DNA of 64,000 bases from Euzebyales bacterium (GTDB lineage: Bacteria; Actinomycetota; Nitriliruptoria; Euzebyales; JAHELV01). The position numbers and the translations under genes were made by a program. Of the stretch, positions 62,005 through 64,000 are shown in pieces. The DNA lies in NCBI GenBank assembly GCA_036374135.1, contig DASUUK010000068.1:20628-84627 (forward strand), read 5' to 3'. The notes under the pieces were generated by a model, which ran no database searches, was not told the origin of the DNA, and saw only the letters and a program-made list of their open reading frames with translations. Each line of letters starts with the position of its first letter. The first letter of the stretch is position 1.

Positions 62005-63006
62005 TCAGGCTGCGACGCGGGCGGTCGCCAGCGTGTAGGCGGGGGAGCGGCCCACGGCCGACCGCAGCACGCCCAGCAGGTTGCCCGCGTTCGCGACGGC
62101 CGCGCGCGCGGCGAGGCGCCCGGCCGTCAGCCCCAGCATGCGGCGCTGCGTGCGCGGCAGCGATCCGGCGGCGCCCGCGAACAGTGGCAGGTAGGCGGCG
62201 CGGATCGTCGGTGGCAGCGGTGGCCAGCGCAGGAAGCGGACCGCGTCGCGTGCCTGCTGGCCGACAACGAGCTCTGGCTCGAAGGCGTCGAGCGCGTCGG
62301 TCAGCTCCGCCACCGTGCGGGGCATCCCGTCGCGCAGCGGAAGGGCGACATCATCGGCGCGCAGCCGCGCGCCGGCGTCCGGGTCGCGCAGCAGCGGCGC
62401 GAGGGCAACCCGTTCGTCGAGCAGCGCCGCGAGTCGTGACTGCTCGGCGACGAAGCGGTCCGCTGAACGCGCGTCGATCGGATGCGGCGACCACAGCCGG
62501 TCTGCCGCCAGGAACGACGACGTGAGGGCGAGTGACACCCAGGCCAACAGGTGTGGATCACCGGCGCGGTACCGACGGCCGTCGGGCGCGGTGCCGTGCA
62601 CCACACGGTGGGCGCGGCGCACCGCCTGTGCGGCGCGCAGCACCTCGGCGGTCGTCCCGAACGTCGACGTCGTGACCCAGGCCGACGTCGACTGCAGCCG
62701 CGCCAACGGGTCCTCCCGGTACCGCGAATGCCCCGCGACCCCTGCCATCGCCAGCGGGTGCAGCGTCTGCAGCAGCAGCGCGCGCACACCGCCGGCTATC
62801 GCCGCGGGCTCGGCGATGACCTGCCACGACGGTGAGCCCGGACCGCACAGGCCCGGGTCGTGGTCGCCTACCGGACCCGGGCGACGCGTGCCGAAGACCC
62901 GCCGCATCATCGCCTGGACCCGGCCGCGTAGGACCGGCAGGCCGTTGGGTACGGTACCGGCGACCGCCACGATCGGCTGCACCGGTCGCGGTCCACCCAG
63001 CCACAT
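62005..63006 (-). CDS. MpaB/DUF2236 family oxygenase-like protein
   Basis: GPGS.SWQV, GGVRALLLQ.LHPLAMAGV..HS, DP..RL..T, H..V.G...DG..Y.A.DP.LL.WV motifs. Start is estimated. Confidence 0.85.
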   Translation of the reverse strand: MWLGGPRPVQPIVAVAGTVPNGLPVLRGRVQAMMRRVFGTRRPGPVGDHDPGLCGPGSPSWQVIAEPAAIAGGVRALLLQTLHPLAMAGVAGHSRYREDPLARLQSTSAWVTTSTFGTTAEVLRAAQAVRRAHRVVHGTAPDGRRYRAGDPHLLAWVSLALTSSFLAADRLWSPHPIDARSADRFVAEQSRLAALLDERVALAPLLRDPDAGARLRADDVALPLRDGMPRTVAELTDALDAFEPELVVGQQARDAVRFLRWPPLPPTIRAAYLPLFAGAAGSLPRTQRRMLGLTAGRLAARAAVANAGNLLGVLRSAVGRSPAYTLATARVAA

Positions 63007-63143
63007 GGTCGTACCCACGTTCGCCACGGTAGCGGCGGAACGTGTGACCGGAGGAGCGGAAGTGGCCCCCGACGGCGTGTGGCGCGGTGTAGCGTGCATG
63101 CCAGCTGAGGGGGTCGACGAGCGAGACGAAGGACGAGACGGCA

Positions 63144-64000
63144 ATGCGAATCGGCATCCTCACCGGAGGAGGCGACGTCCCCGGTCTGAACCCCTGCATC
63201 AAGGCCGTCGTGAACCGGGTCATCGACGACGGCCACGAGGTGCTCGGCATCCGTCGTGGCTGGGGTGGCCTGCTCGCGTGCCAGACCGACGACCCCATGT
63301 CGATCAAGGAGAACACCCTGCCGTTGGACCGCAACGTCGTGCGGCGGGTCGACCGGTCCGGGGGCACCTTCCTGCACACGTCGCGGACCAATCCGGGAAA
63401 GGTGATGCCCGCCGACGTGCCCGCGTTCCTGGCGGACCGCGCGTCCGGCGACGGGCCGTTCGACTTCACCGACCATGCGCTGTCGGTCATCGAGGCCCTC
63501 GGCATCGACGCCCTGATCCCGATCGGTGGCGACGACACGCTGTCCTACGCGCTGCGCATGCACGAGGAGGGCGTACCGGTCGTCGCCATCCCGAAGACGA
63601 TGGACAACGACGTCCACGGGACCGACTACTGCATCGGCTTCTCGACCGCGGTCAGCCGCAGCGTGCAGTTCATCCACTCGCTGCGCACCTCGACCGGATC
63701 ACACGAGCGCATCGCCGTCATCGAACTGTTCGGCCGGTACTCGGGCGAGACATCCCTGATCGCCGCCTACCTGGCCGGTGTCGACCGGGCGGTGATCTCG
63801 GAGGTGCCGGTCGACGTCGGACGGCTGTCGGATCTGCTGATGGTCGACAAGCGGTCGAACCCCAGCAACTACGCGATGGTCACCGTGTCCGAGGGCGCCA
63901 CGATCGAAGGTGGTGAGATGCTGCTCACCGGCGAGGCTGACGCGTACGGCCACCGCAAGCTCGGCGGCATCGGCGCCATGCTCGGAGAGGAGATCGAGGC
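63144..64000 (+). CDS. pfkA: PfkA-family phosphofructokinase with PPi-type signature (3' truncated by the window edge)
   Basis: [48 protein letters not shown] motifs. Confidence 0.93.
   Translation, partial: MRIGILTGGGDVPGLNPCIKAVVNRVIDDGHEVLGIRRGWGGLLACQTDDPMSIKENTLPLDRNVVRRVDRSGGTFLHTSRTNPGKVMPADVPAFLADRASGDGPFDFTDHALSVIEALGIDALIPIGGDDTLSYALRMHEEGVPVVAIPKTMDNDVHGTDYCIGFSTAVSRSVQFIHSLRTSTGSHERIAVIELFGRYSGETSLIAAYLAGVDRAVISEVPVDVGRLSDLLMVDKRSNPSNYAMVTVSEGATIEGGEMLLTGEADAYGHRKLGGIGAMLGEEIE

Overview
This is a very GC-rich (by eye >70%) actinobacterial chromosomal segment. Gene order follows the conserved actinobacterial backbone; a deep-branching lineage such as Nitriliruptoria/Acidimicrobiia is my inference and is not verified. 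From left to right it contains: tldD (5'-truncated)-pmbA-FAH hydrolase; uppP, SAF, MTAP, FmdB and 5-FTHF cyclo-ligase (minus strand); galU-moeA-moaC-mog, a GlpR/SepX-like membrane protein, a translin/TRAX-like gene and tRNA-Ala(CGC); an accessory block (methyltransferase, TPR-LuxR regulator, Ser/Thr pseudokinase plus DUF3105 lipoprotein); and a divergon around a near-perfect IdeR/DtxR box (cupredoxin/beta-helix lipoprotein and GT2 glycosyltransferase on one side, an orphan FutA-like Fe3+-binding lipoprotein coupled to a GT-C-like membrane protein on the other). Further right are the RDD/SpoIIM/MoxR cluster; a cobalamin-riboswitch operon btuFCD-(internally deleted cobQ)-cobO-cobU; pmt, rsmI, a 3-unit palindromic repeat array, a putative leader ORF and metG; a frameshifted LacI remnant, an ArsR-type HTH plus MFS pair, tatD, rsmA, ispE, tRNA-Gln, glmU, prs, LysM protein, rplY, pth, YihY, mfd, SurA-N lipoprotein, mazG, an HhH-GPD-like protein, a heterodimeric ABC exporter, an MpaB/DUF2236 protein and a 3'-truncated PfkA-family kinase with the PPi-type signature. 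The best candidates for undescribed biology are the iron-box-controlled glycosylation/metal-lipoprotein divergon (17089-22879) and the bacterial translin/TRAX-like nuclease next to tRNA-Ala. No integrase, transposase, CRISPR array or rRNA was found. All family calls come from motif recognition by eye; no database searches were run, and several start codons are estimates.
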